From assembly GCA_965116925.1 (NCBI GenBank), contig OZ220744.1, positions 2,048,001-2,112,000 of the forward strand: 64,000 bases of DNA, given 5' to 3'. Under the pieces are notes generated by a model, which made no database searches, was not told the DNA's origin, and saw nothing but the letters and a program-made list of their open reading frames with translations. The position numbers and the translations under genes are program-made. This document shows, in pieces, positions 9,095 to 18,851 of this stretch (position 1 is its first letter; the number at the start of each line of letters is the position of its first letter). Origin of the DNA: Candidatus Poribacteria bacterium. Lineage in GTDB: Bacteria; Poribacteria; WGA-4E; PCPOR2b.

Positions 9095-12040
9095 TCAGGC
9101 ATCACGCACCGCATCCGCCAGAACTTCAATCAGATGTCTTGCCTCTTTGCCCGTCCCTTGTTTGACCTGCTCGCGGCAAGAGACTCCCGCGACAGCCACC
9201 TCAAAATCACCGTCCTTCTCATTGATTGCCTTGAACAGTTGGCGGCTACCTACCTGCATTGATACGTCGTAGTGTTCGGCTTCATAACCGAACGAACCTG
9301 CCATGCCGCAACACCCGGAATCGACGACATTGACATTATAGCCCGGTGGCAAGTTCAGAACCTGCTCGGAAGGTTTCACACCGACAATAGCTTTCTGGTG
9401 GCAATGTCCGTGCAACAAGATCTCTTTCTCTGTATCCTCAAAAATTAGGTCTAATTCCCCTTTTTCGTGGAGGGAGAGCAGGAACTCCTCAAGCATAAAT
9501 GTGTGTTGTGCAACGAGGTCTGTATCCGCACTAGGGATAAGATCTACATAATCGTCGCGTAACGCCAAGAGGCAGCTTGGCTCGCAGCCGACGATAGGGA
9601 TACCGTTGGCGGCGTAAGGGAGGAGGCGTTCAACGTTGTAACGCGCATTCTCAATTGCGTCTTCAAGCATACCCTTAGAGATCATCGGACGACCACAACA
9701 CCGCTTTTCTGGCAGAATCACCTCGAATCCCGCAGCTTCAAGCACAGCGGTGGCAGCCTTGCCAATACTGGGGTAGTTGTAGTTCATGAAGGTATCGTGG
9801 AAAAGGACAACCTGTTTTCGTGTCTCGTCGCCATAGCCGTTGTCGGCGGTATGATGTTTCTGAAACCACTGCTCGAAGGTTTCACGGACAAAATTGGGCA
9901 GCGATCTGCGTCGATCAATTCCTGTGAACTTTTCCATCGCCCACTTGGAGATACCGCTGTTCATGAACCAATTCGAGATAGGGGCAAATGCAGAGCCGAT
10001 TGCGCTCAGTTCGGCGATATTGCCAAACAACCGATTCCGCAGGGGCAAGCCATTTTCCTTGTAGTAGTGAGCGAGGAATTCGTACTTCAACTTTGCCATA
10101 TCCACGTTGGACGGGCACTCTGCCTTACAGGCTTTACACTCCAAGCAAAGGTCTAACACTTCGTAGAGCCGTTTCCCCTTGAAGTGATCGTGCGGCAACG
10201 TTCCAGAGAGCACGTTTCTCAGCGCATTTGCGCGACCACGGGTTGAGTGCTCCTCCTCTAATGTCGCCATGTACGAAGGGCACATTGTGCCAGTCAGTTT
10301 CTTGCGACACGCACCGACACCGTTGCACATCTCAATGGCACCGCCGAATCCTCCCTGACTGGAAAAATCGAAATAGGTGTCAATCTTAATCGCGTTGTAT
10401 GTGGGACCAAATCGCAAATTCTCCGTCATTGGTGGTGGGTCTATGATCTTGCCGGGGTTCATGATGCCCGTTGGATCGAATGCCGCTTTGACTTCGCGGA
10501 ACGCCTGATATATCTGCGGCCCGAACATACTCTCGATCCATTCACTTCTCACCAGTCCATCGCCGTGCTCACCACTCATTGCGCCGCCGAGCTCCATCAG
10601 CAGATCTCGGACATGCCGTGCGATGGAGTGCATCTTCTGAATATCCTCTTCCTTCTTGAGATTGATCACGGGACGATTATGCAATAATCCGACGCTGGCG
10701 TGCGCGTAATAGGAAGCGGTTGTGTCGTGATCCTCGACAATCTTCCCGAAGCGGCGCACATACTCCGGCAGATTTTCAATCGAAACTGCCGCGTCCTCCA
10801 CAAACCCGACCGGCTTATAGTCGCTTCTCGCGCCCATAAGCAAGCCCAACCCTGCTTTCCGCGTGTCCCATACCCGCGTTTTTTCATCTGCTGTCATACA
10901 GCGCACGAAGGCGTAACCGAGGCCGACGGATTTCATCTTCCGTTCGAGGGCATCTAGTTGGTCAAACAGTTCCTCCTCTGATTCGCCGTAGAATTCTACA
11001 GCGAGAATTGCTCCCGGGCTGCCTTGGATAAAGGTGCTGATCCGGGAAAACTCCAACGACTGTTTTGTCATATCAATGATAGTCTTGTCGATGAGTTCAA
11101 CGGCGGTGGGGTTGCATTCGAGAATCGGCTGCATCGCTTCCATCGACTCGATTAGTGTATGAAAGTGAATTACATTAAGCGCGGTCATCTTGGGGGTTGG
11201 CACAAGGTTAATCTTCGCTTCGACCGTTGTTGCAAGCGTTCCCTCTGATCCGACGATAATTTTCGCAAGGCTGAAGGGATAGTTGGCATCGCAGCCATCT
11301 CTCCGGTACGGAGTTAGATCTCTTGACCCTGCATTGGGGACATATTCATCAAGGTTGTATCCGGCAACACGCCGTAGGACTCGCGGGAACTGTTTCCGAA
11401 TCTCATCTTCGTTTTCCGATGCGATTCGACATATCTCCCGATAGATATGACTTTCGCGGGAGTCTCCCCGCTGTTTAGCGGCAAGTTCGTCAAGTGAGAT
11501 TGGTTCAACAAAAATCGCCTCTCCGTTGGATAGCCGCAGATCCAGCGACATCGTGTGATCAATGGTTTTACCGTAAATTAGGGAATGTGCTCCTGCTGAA
11601 TTGTTGCCAATTGTACCACCGATATTTGCCCGACTGCTTGTCGCCACGTCGGCGGAATACATCAGATTATGCGGCTTCAGGTACTCGTTCAACTCGTCTA
11701 TGACGACCCCCGGTTGCACCCGCGCCCAGTGCTCCTCGACATTGACCTCGATGATCTCGTTCATATATTTGGACATGTCGATGACAATTGCTTGTCCCAC
11801 CGTCTGTCCCGCCAAGCTTGTTCCGCCGCCGCGAGGCAGAATCGGTAGGTTGCGATCGTAGGCGATCTGGATGGTCTTAGTCACGTCCTCTTTGTGTCGT
11901 GGAACAACAACGCCGATGGGCTCCATCTGGTACAGGCTTGCGTCGGTGCTGTATAAGACTTTGGAATACGGATCGAAACGCACTTCACCTTCGATCTCTT
12001 TCCTTAATACCTGTTCCAGTTCGTTGTGGGAATTATTCAT
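9095..12040 (-). CDS. FAD-linked oxidase/Fe-S fusion (GlcD/YdiJ-like D-2-hydroxyacid dehydrogenase)
   Basis: PRGGGTSLAGQ, GSEGTL, SGEHGDG, CNGVGAC, CLECKACKAECP, CCG domains. Confidence 0.9.
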   Translation of the reverse strand: MNNSHNELEQVLRKEIEGEVRFDPYSKVLYSTDASLYQMEPIGVVVPRHKEDVTKTIQIAYDRNLPILPRGGGTSLAGQTVGQAIVIDMSKYMNEIIEVNVEEHWARVQPGVVIDELNEYLKPHNLMYSADVATSSRANIGGTIGNNSAGAHSLIYGKTIDHTMSLDLRLSNGEAIFVEPISLDELAAKQRGDSRESHIYREICRIASENEDEIRKQFPRVLRRVAGYNLDEYVPNAGSRDLTPYRRDGCDANYPFSLAKIIVGSEGTLATTVEAKINLVPTPKMTALNVIHFHTLIESMEAMQPILECNPTAVELIDKTIIDMTKQSLEFSRISTFIQGSPGAILAVEFYGESEEELFDQLDALERKMKSVGLGYAFVRCMTADEKTRVWDTRKAGLGLLMGARSDYKPVGFVEDAAVSIENLPEYVRRFGKIVEDHDTTASYYAHASVGLLHNRPVINLKKEEDIQKMHSIARHVRDLLMELGGAMSGEHGDGLVRSEWIESMFGPQIYQAFREVKAAFDPTGIMNPGKIIDPPPMTENLRFGPTYNAIKIDTYFDFSSQGGFGGAIEMCNGVGACRKKLTGTMCPSYMATLEEEHSTRGRANALRNVLSGTLPHDHFKGKRLYEVLDLCLECKACKAECPSNVDMAKLKYEFLAHYYKENGLPLRNRLFGNIAELSAIGSAFAPISNWFMNSGISKWAMEKFTGIDRRRSLPNFVRETFEQWFQKHHTADNGYGDETRKQVVLFHDTFMNYNYPSIGKAATAVLEAAGFEVILPEKRCCGRPMISKGMLEDAIENARYNVERLLPYAANGIPIVGCEPSCLLALRDDYVDLIPSADTDLVAQHTFMLEEFLLSLHEKGELDLIFEDTEKEILLHGHCHQKAIVGVKPSEQVLNLPPGYNVNVVDSGCCGMAGSFGYEAEHYDVSMQVGSRQLFKAINEKDGDFEVAVAGVSCREQVKQGTGKEARHLIEVLADAVRDA

Positions 12041-12199
12041 ATTTATTGTGACTCACTTTCTATTGGAACACTGTGTTTCTGAATGATTGGATTAACCTCA
12101 CATCTTAACACAGTCGAGATGAAAAGTCTATCAAAATCTTTTCTTTATAATCGTTGACTAGACCGTTTACACAAGCAGGAGTTAATCGTAGATCTCGTG

Positions 12200-12228
12200 T
12201 TGACACAATCTCAATCTCGTGCTAATAT
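12200..12228 (+). promoter_or_regulatory. Putative sigma70 promoter of the histidine kinase
   Basis: TTGACA-17 bp-TAATAT. Confidence 0.55.
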
Positions 12229-12358
12229 CTTAGGACTAACACAGTTGATTTGCTGAAGTTAGTGGTGCTGCCTATTGCGTAAAACTTCTGAATACACATC
12301 CCGAAATACCCAATATTACAAAGCATAAAACCTTCTCAGTTTTGGTAAAGGGATTAGC

Positions 12359-13879
12359 ATGAGCCTGCACACCAAATTAATATTGAATTGCATGGGGATT
12401 GTGCTGGTCATTTTGCTAGCGATGTATGGCTATCTCGATTATTCGCTGAAGCAAAACCTGAGTGAGCGAATCACGGACGACTCCATAGCACAGACAAATC
12501 TGACGCGGGAATTTCTGCTGAAGGAGATCGACACAGCTATCAGTCAACTCAGATGGCTTTTGCTGTTAGCAATCAGTGCAGGGCTTGTTTTTGCAATTTT
12601 ATTCAGTATCATTACTACCAACGTTACCACGAAACCGATTCGGGACTTGACCCAAGCCACAAAATCACTGGCGATTGGCGAACTGAACTCGCGTGTCTCC
12701 GTTGCCGCATCCGGTGAGCTTGGGGAGTTGTCCAATCATTTCAATCAGATGGCGAATCGGATAGAAACGCAAATCCATGAGATCTCCCGTGAGCGCAATC
12801 TCAGGGACAGCATCCTATCAAAGATGGTCGAGGGGGTGCTCTTAGTTGATGCACAGTTTGCCATCACCTATGCCAATTCGGCAGCGATCGCTATGTTAGA
12901 TTTTCCTGTCCATTATCAGGCACTCTCTTTGGTCGAAATCATCCCTGACCCGGGGCTAAAACGTCTCTTAAGACAAGTGACGGATACGGGGAAGGCCGGG
13001 TTCGCAGAAATTACACTGGTCAGGGCAACTGAGCGTGAGACGGAAGTTATCGTTGTGCCTGTTGGAGGGGAATATCTGGTCAGTCTCCACGATGTGAGCC
13101 AGTTGAGAAAGTTAGAGCGGATTCGATCGGATTTCGTTGCCAACGTCGCTCACGAAATGCGTGTGCCATTGACCTCAATTCACGGCTATGCGGAGACGCT
13201 TCTCAATGGTGCTTTGGAGGACACCAACGCAAACGAGCGGTTTGTAGAAAAGATTTTACAGCAATCCGCGCGGCTTTCACAGCTCGTATCGGGTCTGCTT
13301 GATTTATCTCATCTTGAATCTGGAGAAGTTAAACTGGAATTAAAACCGTGCGAGATTGACGCATTTCAAGGAACTATCTTGACCCTTTTTGAACCTGTAT
13401 TTGAGGAAGCGGATCTGACATTTGAGTGGCAGGTGCCTAACCATTTGCCCCCTGTGTTTGCGGACAAGCAGCTGATTGGACAAGTGTTAGCAAACCTAAT
13501 TGAGAACGCGATTAAGTATACACCCGCGGGTGGCGTTATCACGATTTCTGGCGAAGCCAATGACTCTGAGGTTATCATCCATGTGAAGGATACCGGAATC
13601 GGTATTCCTGCTGAAGTGCTGCCCCGAATTTTCGAGCGATTCTACCGTGTAGATAAAGGACGTTCGCGTGAGATGGGCGGCACAGGACTGGGACTTGCGA
13701 TTGCCAAACACATTCTGCTGCAACACGGTGGCAGGATATGGGTTGACAGCAGTCCGGGAGAGGGGTCGGTGTTCCACTTTGCTCTGCCGTTGCAAAGGAG
13801 AGTCTCAGCGACAGAACAGATAGCACAGCATTCTCAGATTGACGATGACCGATCCTTTGAATCCCTTAAGAATCTATAG
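12359..13879 (+). CDS. PhoR-like sensor histidine kinase (2 TM, HAMP, PAS, HisKA, HATPase)
   Basis: FVANVAHEMRVPLTSI, NLIENAIKY, DTGIGIP, IFERFYRVDKGRSR, GTGLGLAI. Confidence 0.9.
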   Translation: MSLHTKLILNCMGIVLVILLAMYGYLDYSLKQNLSERITDDSIAQTNLTREFLLKEIDTAISQLRWLLLLAISAGLVFAILFSIITTNVTTKPIRDLTQATKSLAIGELNSRVSVAASGELGELSNHFNQMANRIETQIHEISRERNLRDSILSKMVEGVLLVDAQFAITYANSAAIAMLDFPVHYQALSLVEIIPDPGLKRLLRQVTDTGKAGFAEITLVRATERETEVIVVPVGGEYLVSLHDVSQLRKLERIRSDFVANVAHEMRVPLTSIHGYAETLLNGALEDTNANERFVEKILQQSARLSQLVSGLLDLSHLESGEVKLELKPCEIDAFQGTILTLFEPVFEEADLTFEWQVPNHLPPVFADKQLIGQVLANLIENAIKYTPAGGVITISGEANDSEVIIHVKDTGIGIPAEVLPRIFERFYRVDKGRSREMGGTGLGLAIAKHILLQHGGRIWVDSSPGEGSVFHFALPLQRRVSATEQIAQHSQIDDDRSFESLKNL

Positions 13880-13889
13880 ACGTAAAATA

Positions 13890-13926
13890 AAAAAGCCCTG
13901 TTCGGCGAAATACCAAACAGGGCTTA
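13890..13926. terminator. Intrinsic terminator hairpin between the kinase and tRNA-Asn
   Basis: AAGCCCTGTT..AACAGGGCTT inverted repeat with an A-tract (U-tract on the minus strand, downstream of the tRNA). Confidence 0.7.
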
Positions 13927-13932
13927 GAATAA

Positions 13933-14005
13933 CTCTCCCGGACGGATTCGAACCGCCGACAAAGTGGTTAACAGCCACCTGCTCTACCAGCTGAGCTACG
14001 GGAGA
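13933..14005 (-). tRNA. tRNA-Asn (GTT), CCA not encoded
   Basis: TCTCCCGTAGCTCAGCTGGTAGAGCAGGTGGCTGTTAACCACTTTGTCGGCGGTTCGAATCCGTCCGGGAGAG cloverleaf; upstream TTGCAA..TATAAT promoter. Confidence 0.95.
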
Positions 14006-14325
14006 TTATTGTGCAAAAAACCGCTGGCAACATATTGTAGCACAACAGGGGTTAATTATACATAATCGTTTTCGGAATTGCAAGGAAAATAAAATCAAGA
14101 GAAACAATATAAAGCAGATAAATTAATGGAAGATGCCCGGCACTGGAATAATTCTTTATAAGCAAACTTCTTTAAGCTATCGCACCGAAAGCTGGTTTAA
14201 TATAACCCCCGTTCTGAATATTACTTCAGAACTATCACTGAATATGATTGGAGCGAAATCCGTTTGAGGTGAGTGCATGTTGAGTGCTACAACTAGCAAA
14301 CCTCTATCCGTAAAGGGAGAAATAG

Positions 14326-15168
14326 ATGTCACAACCGGAACAGATTCGTATTGGTCATAGCCCTGATTCAGATGATGCCTTCATGTTCTACGCTATTGCT
14401 AACGGGTTGATACCGACCGATGGTTTTGAGATTGTCCAAGTTGCTGAGGACATTGAGAGTTTGAACAAACGCGCGGTCAACGGGGAATTAGAGGTAACAG
14501 CCATATCGGTTCACGCCTACGCCTACGTCGCCCAACACTATGCGCTGATGCCGTGTGGAGCCAGCATCGGCGATCGATATGGTCCGCTCGTTGTATCCAA
14601 AGAGCCGGTGCAGCGGGAAGCCCTCGCGGGTAAAAAAATCGCAATACCCGGTGAAATGACAACCGCCTACCTGACGTTGCGGCTCTGTCAACCCGACTTT
14701 GAGCCTGAAGTTGTCCAGTTTGATCAGATCTTGCCGTATGTTCAGGCAGGCAACGCGGACGCGGGATTGATTATCCACGAGGGACAGCTAACCTACGGTC
14801 GTGCGGGGCTGCATAAGGTGGTAGATCTGGGAGAATGGTGGCATGAGGAAACCGGATTGCCACTGCCGCTTGGGGCAAATGCTATCCGTCGAGATCTCGG
14901 TGCGGAGAAGATCCGCCGCATCACCTCACTTCTCAAGCAGAGCATTCAGTATTCGCTAGAGCATCGAGAGGGGGGCTTGGCTTACGCCATGAACTATGCG
15001 CGTGATATGGAAACGGATCTGGCAGACCAATTCGTCGGGATGTATGTGAACGACTACACCCTTGACTACGGTGAAAAGGGTAGGGCAGGGGTCAGAGAAC
15101 TGATGGAACGTGGATATAAGTCTGGTGTTATTCCGCATCAGGTTGATGTTGAATTTGCGACGGGATAG
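14326..15168 (+). CDS. mqnD: 1,4-dihydroxy-6-naphthoate synthase (futalosine menaquinone pathway)
   Basis: GHSPDSDDAFMFYA, IIHEGQLTY, DLGEWW, PLPLG, MYVN. Confidence 0.88.
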   Translation: MSQPEQIRIGHSPDSDDAFMFYAIANGLIPTDGFEIVQVAEDIESLNKRAVNGELEVTAISVHAYAYVAQHYALMPCGASIGDRYGPLVVSKEPVQREALAGKKIAIPGEMTTAYLTLRLCQPDFEPEVVQFDQILPYVQAGNADAGLIIHEGQLTYGRAGLHKVVDLGEWWHEETGLPLPLGANAIRRDLGAEKIRRITSLLKQSIQYSLEHREGGLAYAMNYARDMETDLADQFVGMYVNDYTLDYGEKGRAGVRELMERGYKSGVIPHQVDVEFATG

Positions 15169-15451
15169 ATACCCGTAGGTAGGTAAATTGAACATAATGT
15201 AACCCGATTTGTCACCTTGATCAGCCGAGCATGAATTTCATAGTAGGTGCCGAGTGAACTTCTGTGTAAATTGCCCGAAAATCAGTCATAGCACGGATTT
15301 CCCTCTTTTTCCCCTTTATCAAATTTCTCAAAAAACTATGAAAACTATGAAATTTCCGAGAATTTTTCAACGGTGCTTTTCAAGTAACACCTTGAGTTAA
15401 GATGTCAGGGAAAAACCGGCATATAGAATGTCGATTGGACGGTAGATCAAT

Positions 15452-16324
15452 ATGAAAAATGCGAAATTGGATGTACCCGCTCATCCCAAGGTTAATCCTT
15501 TCTTTGATGAGATGGGCGTCTATATCATCAATGATGACGTTTGTAAACCCAATCTGTTTACAGGTGAGTTCATTGACCTGATTGTTACATCTCCCCCTTA
15601 CAATGTCGGCATTGATTACGACTCCAACGATGATACACTAGGGTATGAGGATTACCTCGATTTTAGCAAGGAATGGATACAAAATTGCTACCAATGGAGT
15701 AAGCCGCACGCTCGTTTACTTCTGAACATTCCGCTTGATAAGAACAAGGGTGGGCATAGAAGCGTCGGTTCCGATCTCACGAGAATTGCACAGGCAGTGG
15801 ATTGGAAATATCACGCTACGATTGTCTGGAATGAAGGAAATATCTCCCGCCGAACTGCATGGGGATCTTGGATGTCCGCGTCCGCGCCTTACGTCATTGC
15901 CCCCGTTGAATTGATTGTTATTCTGTATAAGGACTCTTGGAAGAAACAGCTTGGCAGCAAAGAATCAGACATCTCACGCGATGAATTTATGGCGTGGACA
16001 AATGGATTATGGACATTTAACGGGGAGAGTAAAAAACGGGTGGGACACCCCGCCCCCTTTCCACGTGAGTTGCCATATCGTTGCATTAAGTTATTCAGTT
16101 ATGTTGGGGACGTTGTATTTGATCCATTTTTGGGGAGCGGGACAACCTTAATAGAAGCACAGAACAATGACCGGTTTGGTGTGGGCGTTGAAATTGACAG
16201 TGGCTATTGCGAATTGGCTCAGAAGCGGATAATGAACAGTCGGAGTCTGTTCGCAACACCGGACGAAAAGAGTTTTGCTCGACCTTCCGCAGATCCCGTC
16301 CCTAGGCAAGTGGAAAATGGTTGA
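15452..16324 (+). CDS. DNA methyltransferase, N4-C/N6-A family, beta class
   Basis: TSPPYN precedes HPAPFP and DPFLGSGTT. Confidence 0.9.
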   Translation: MKNAKLDVPAHPKVNPFFDEMGVYIINDDVCKPNLFTGEFIDLIVTSPPYNVGIDYDSNDDTLGYEDYLDFSKEWIQNCYQWSKPHARLLLNIPLDKNKGGHRSVGSDLTRIAQAVDWKYHATIVWNEGNISRRTAWGSWMSASAPYVIAPVELIVILYKDSWKKQLGSKESDISRDEFMAWTNGLWTFNGESKKRVGHPAPFPRELPYRCIKLFSYVGDVVFDPFLGSGTTLIEAQNNDRFGVGVEIDSGYCELAQKRIMNSRSLFATPDEKSFARPSADPVPRQVENG

Positions 16325-16356
16325 ATCTGTTGGAGCGATTCAATCTCCCACGCTGC

Positions 16357-17139
16357 TTAGACATCAACCGCGATGCGCTGTCCAATACCCGTTAGCAAAC
16401 GTCCACCATCAACCACAAACGCGCTTCCCGTAACAAACGACGCGTCATCGGATGCCAGATACGCAACTGCTTTGGCGGTATCCTCTGGTTCGCCCGCACG
16501 ACCAATCGGCAACTCCGCTGCCCATCGGTCAAGCGTGCTTTGTCGATCAGCATCGGGGGAAACAATCATCGGCGTCGCCGTTGGACCGGGACAAACCGCA
16601 TTGACGCGAATGTTGTGTTTTGCGAAATCGAGAGCCATGCACTGCGTCAGCAGAATAATGGCTGCCTTCGACGCGCCGTAGACCGAATAACCACCGCCGC
16701 CAGACATACCGGCTGTGGAAGCGGTGTTGATAATCACGCCGCTGCCCGTTTGTTGCATCGCGGGGATAGCGCATCTGGAAACGAGATAGACACTTTTCAG
16801 GTTGATGTCGATGCACCGGTCCCAATCGGCTTCCGGTATTGTGGTAACGTCGCCGACAACTAGAATTCCTGCGTTATTGTGAAGGATGTCCAACTGACCG
16901 TGTTGGCGGAGGGTTTCTTGGATGAGGCGATCTGCATCTTCCGCTTTTGAAACGTCAGTTTGGACAAAAGATATTTCAGTTTGGGTTTCTTGACCGATTT
17001 CCTCGGCAACGGCTTGACCATCAAGATTTATATCAGCGATGACGATATTTGCGCCTTCGGAGGCGAACTGTTTGGCGGTTGCCTTTCCAATCCCTGAAGC
17101 CCCGCCTGTTACGATAACCGATTTTCCTTGAAATCTCAT
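16357..17139 (-). CDS. SDR family oxidoreductase
   Basis: TGGASGIG, NNAG, YGASK, VNAVCPG. Confidence 0.92.
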   Translation of the reverse strand: MRFQGKSVIVTGGASGIGKATAKQFASEGANIVIADINLDGQAVAEEIGQETQTEISFVQTDVSKAEDADRLIQETLRQHGQLDILHNNAGILVVGDVTTIPEADWDRCIDINLKSVYLVSRCAIPAMQQTGSGVIINTASTAGMSGGGGYSVYGASKAAIILLTQCMALDFAKHNIRVNAVCPGPTATPMIVSPDADRQSTLDRWAAELPIGRAGEPEDTAKAVAYLASDDASFVTGSAFVVDGGRLLTGIGQRIAVDV

Positions 17140-17270
17140 CTGTTCTCCCAATCATAATAGAGTTATTGAATGCGGGGCAATTGTACCTCAGTCTGGAAAT
17201 CAAGTCAACTATCCTAGCATCATACTTTTTTCGGCATCATCCACAAACAGCTCGAAAGTGGGTTTTATGA

Positions 17271-18353
17271 ATGAAGATTGGCATCGTTGGATTACCTTAC
17301 GTTGGAAAAACTACCCTGTTCAATGCACTGACACAGTCTGAAGCAGAAACGGGGACTTATGCTGGGAAAAAGGGTGCCAACGTTAGCTCAGTGAAAGTGC
17401 CCGACGAGCGATTAACGGCGTTGGCGGAGGTATTCAGCCCGAAACGAGTCACTCCAACAAGCATCGATTATGTAGATATCGCTGGCGTCTCCAAAGGAAA
17501 TATTGCGCTTGAGGGGTTGGAAACGGGAGCCATCGCTGAACTCCGTGAGGTTGACGCGCTTGCACATGTCGTGCGCGTATTCGCAGATGACGCTGTGCCC
17601 CACGTTGACGGCGATGTAGACCCGGAGCGGGATATCGAAACGATCGACATCGAACTTGCCTTTGCAGATCTGGGGATTATTGACAGTCGTTTAGATCGGC
17701 TCAACCGGGAACTCCGGACACAGAAAATTCCAGCATTAGAGCATGAACGCTCGGTGTTAGAACGCTGTAAAAACGCACTGGAAGAGGGCACTGCTATTAG
17801 GGAGCTGCGGCTTTCCCCTGAAGATGAACGGACGATACGCGGTTACGGATTCTTGACACAAAAACCGTTGTTGTTGGTTCTCAATATTGGGGAGGATGAG
17901 TTGCAGCAGGCAGACGAAATAGGAGCTGGACTCGAAGTGTCCGATCGACAAATTGAGATAATCACACTTTCCGCCAGTTTGGAGATGGAGCTTGGACAGC
18001 TGGACACGGAGGAGGCGAAAATTTTCCGTGTTGAAATGGGACTCGACGAATCCGCTCTAGCGCGAGTGATTGATGTTTCGTACCGCACCCTCGGACTAGT
18101 GACCTTCTTCACTGTTGTCTCCGATGAGTTGCGAGCTTGGACGCTCAAAAGTGGGATGACCGCGCTTGATGCGGCAGCAGCGATCCATACGGATATGGCG
18201 CGGGGATTTATCCGTGCAGAGGCCATTCACTGGGCGGATCTGGTGGATTGCGGCGGATTAACAGAAGCGAGGGATAGTGGACTGCTCCGGCTTGAAGGAA
18301 AAGATTACCTTGTCTCGGATGGCGATGTTTTGACGGTGCGTTTTAACGTTTAG
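17271..18353 (+). CDS. ychF: Redox-regulated ATPase YchF
   Basis: GIVGLPYVGKTTLFNALT, DIAG, TFFT, IHTDMARGFIRAE, EGKDY. Confidence 0.93.
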   Translation: MKIGIVGLPYVGKTTLFNALTQSEAETGTYAGKKGANVSSVKVPDERLTALAEVFSPKRVTPTSIDYVDIAGVSKGNIALEGLETGAIAELREVDALAHVVRVFADDAVPHVDGDVDPERDIETIDIELAFADLGIIDSRLDRLNRELRTQKIPALEHERSVLERCKNALEEGTAIRELRLSPEDERTIRGYGFLTQKPLLLVLNIGEDELQQADEIGAGLEVSDRQIEIITLSASLEMELGQLDTEEAKIFRVEMGLDESALARVIDVSYRTLGLVTFFTVVSDELRAWTLKSGMTALDAAAAIHTDMARGFIRAEAIHWADLVDCGGLTEARDSGLLRLEGKDYLVSDGDVLTVRFNV

Positions 18354-18357
18354 AGGT

Positions 18358-18840
18358 TCAAGACTCTTTGACATATAAAACGCCATCTTCCACTTTGACG
18401 GGCAGTTTCTCCATCGGTCGAGGCGGTGGGCCCGCAACGACATTTCCCGCGCTGTCGAAAACGGCGCCGTGACATGGGCAGAAGAACTGATCCTTCCCCT
18501 CATCCCATCGAACAAGGCAACCGAGATGGGAGCAGACACGCGAAAAGACCACGAAGTTTCCATCCCCCTGATCTGTCACATAGACAGACCGTTTCTTGTT
18601 GGTCTCAACCCACCCATCTTTGGCATTGAAGGTGTAGTTGATCTTTTTATAACGACTCCCCTTGAGCAGATCGACGATACCGAGATCCACCCACTTCTTT
18701 GATGCTTTCCTGAAAGCGGGCGAGATGGCAAATCCGATCAACGGGACCCCCATCGCTAGGCTGATTAGACCGCCAATGGCTGCCATACAAGCCTTAAAAA
18801 ATGTGCGTCGTTTCTGCCCTTCCTCTGGGACGTTTGTCAT
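18358..18840 (-). CDS. Rieske [2Fe-2S] protein, QcrA-like with Tat signal/TM anchor
   Basis: KRRTFF, CSHLGC, CPCHG, GPPPRP. Confidence 0.9.
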   Translation of the reverse strand: MTNVPEEGQKRRTFFKACMAAIGGLISLAMGVPLIGFAISPAFRKASKKWVDLGIVDLLKGSRYKKINYTFNAKDGWVETNKKRSVYVTDQGDGNFVVFSRVCSHLGCLVRWDEGKDQFFCPCHGAVFDSAGNVVAGPPPRPMEKLPVKVEDGVLYVKES

Positions 18841-18851
18841 ATCAATCCCCC

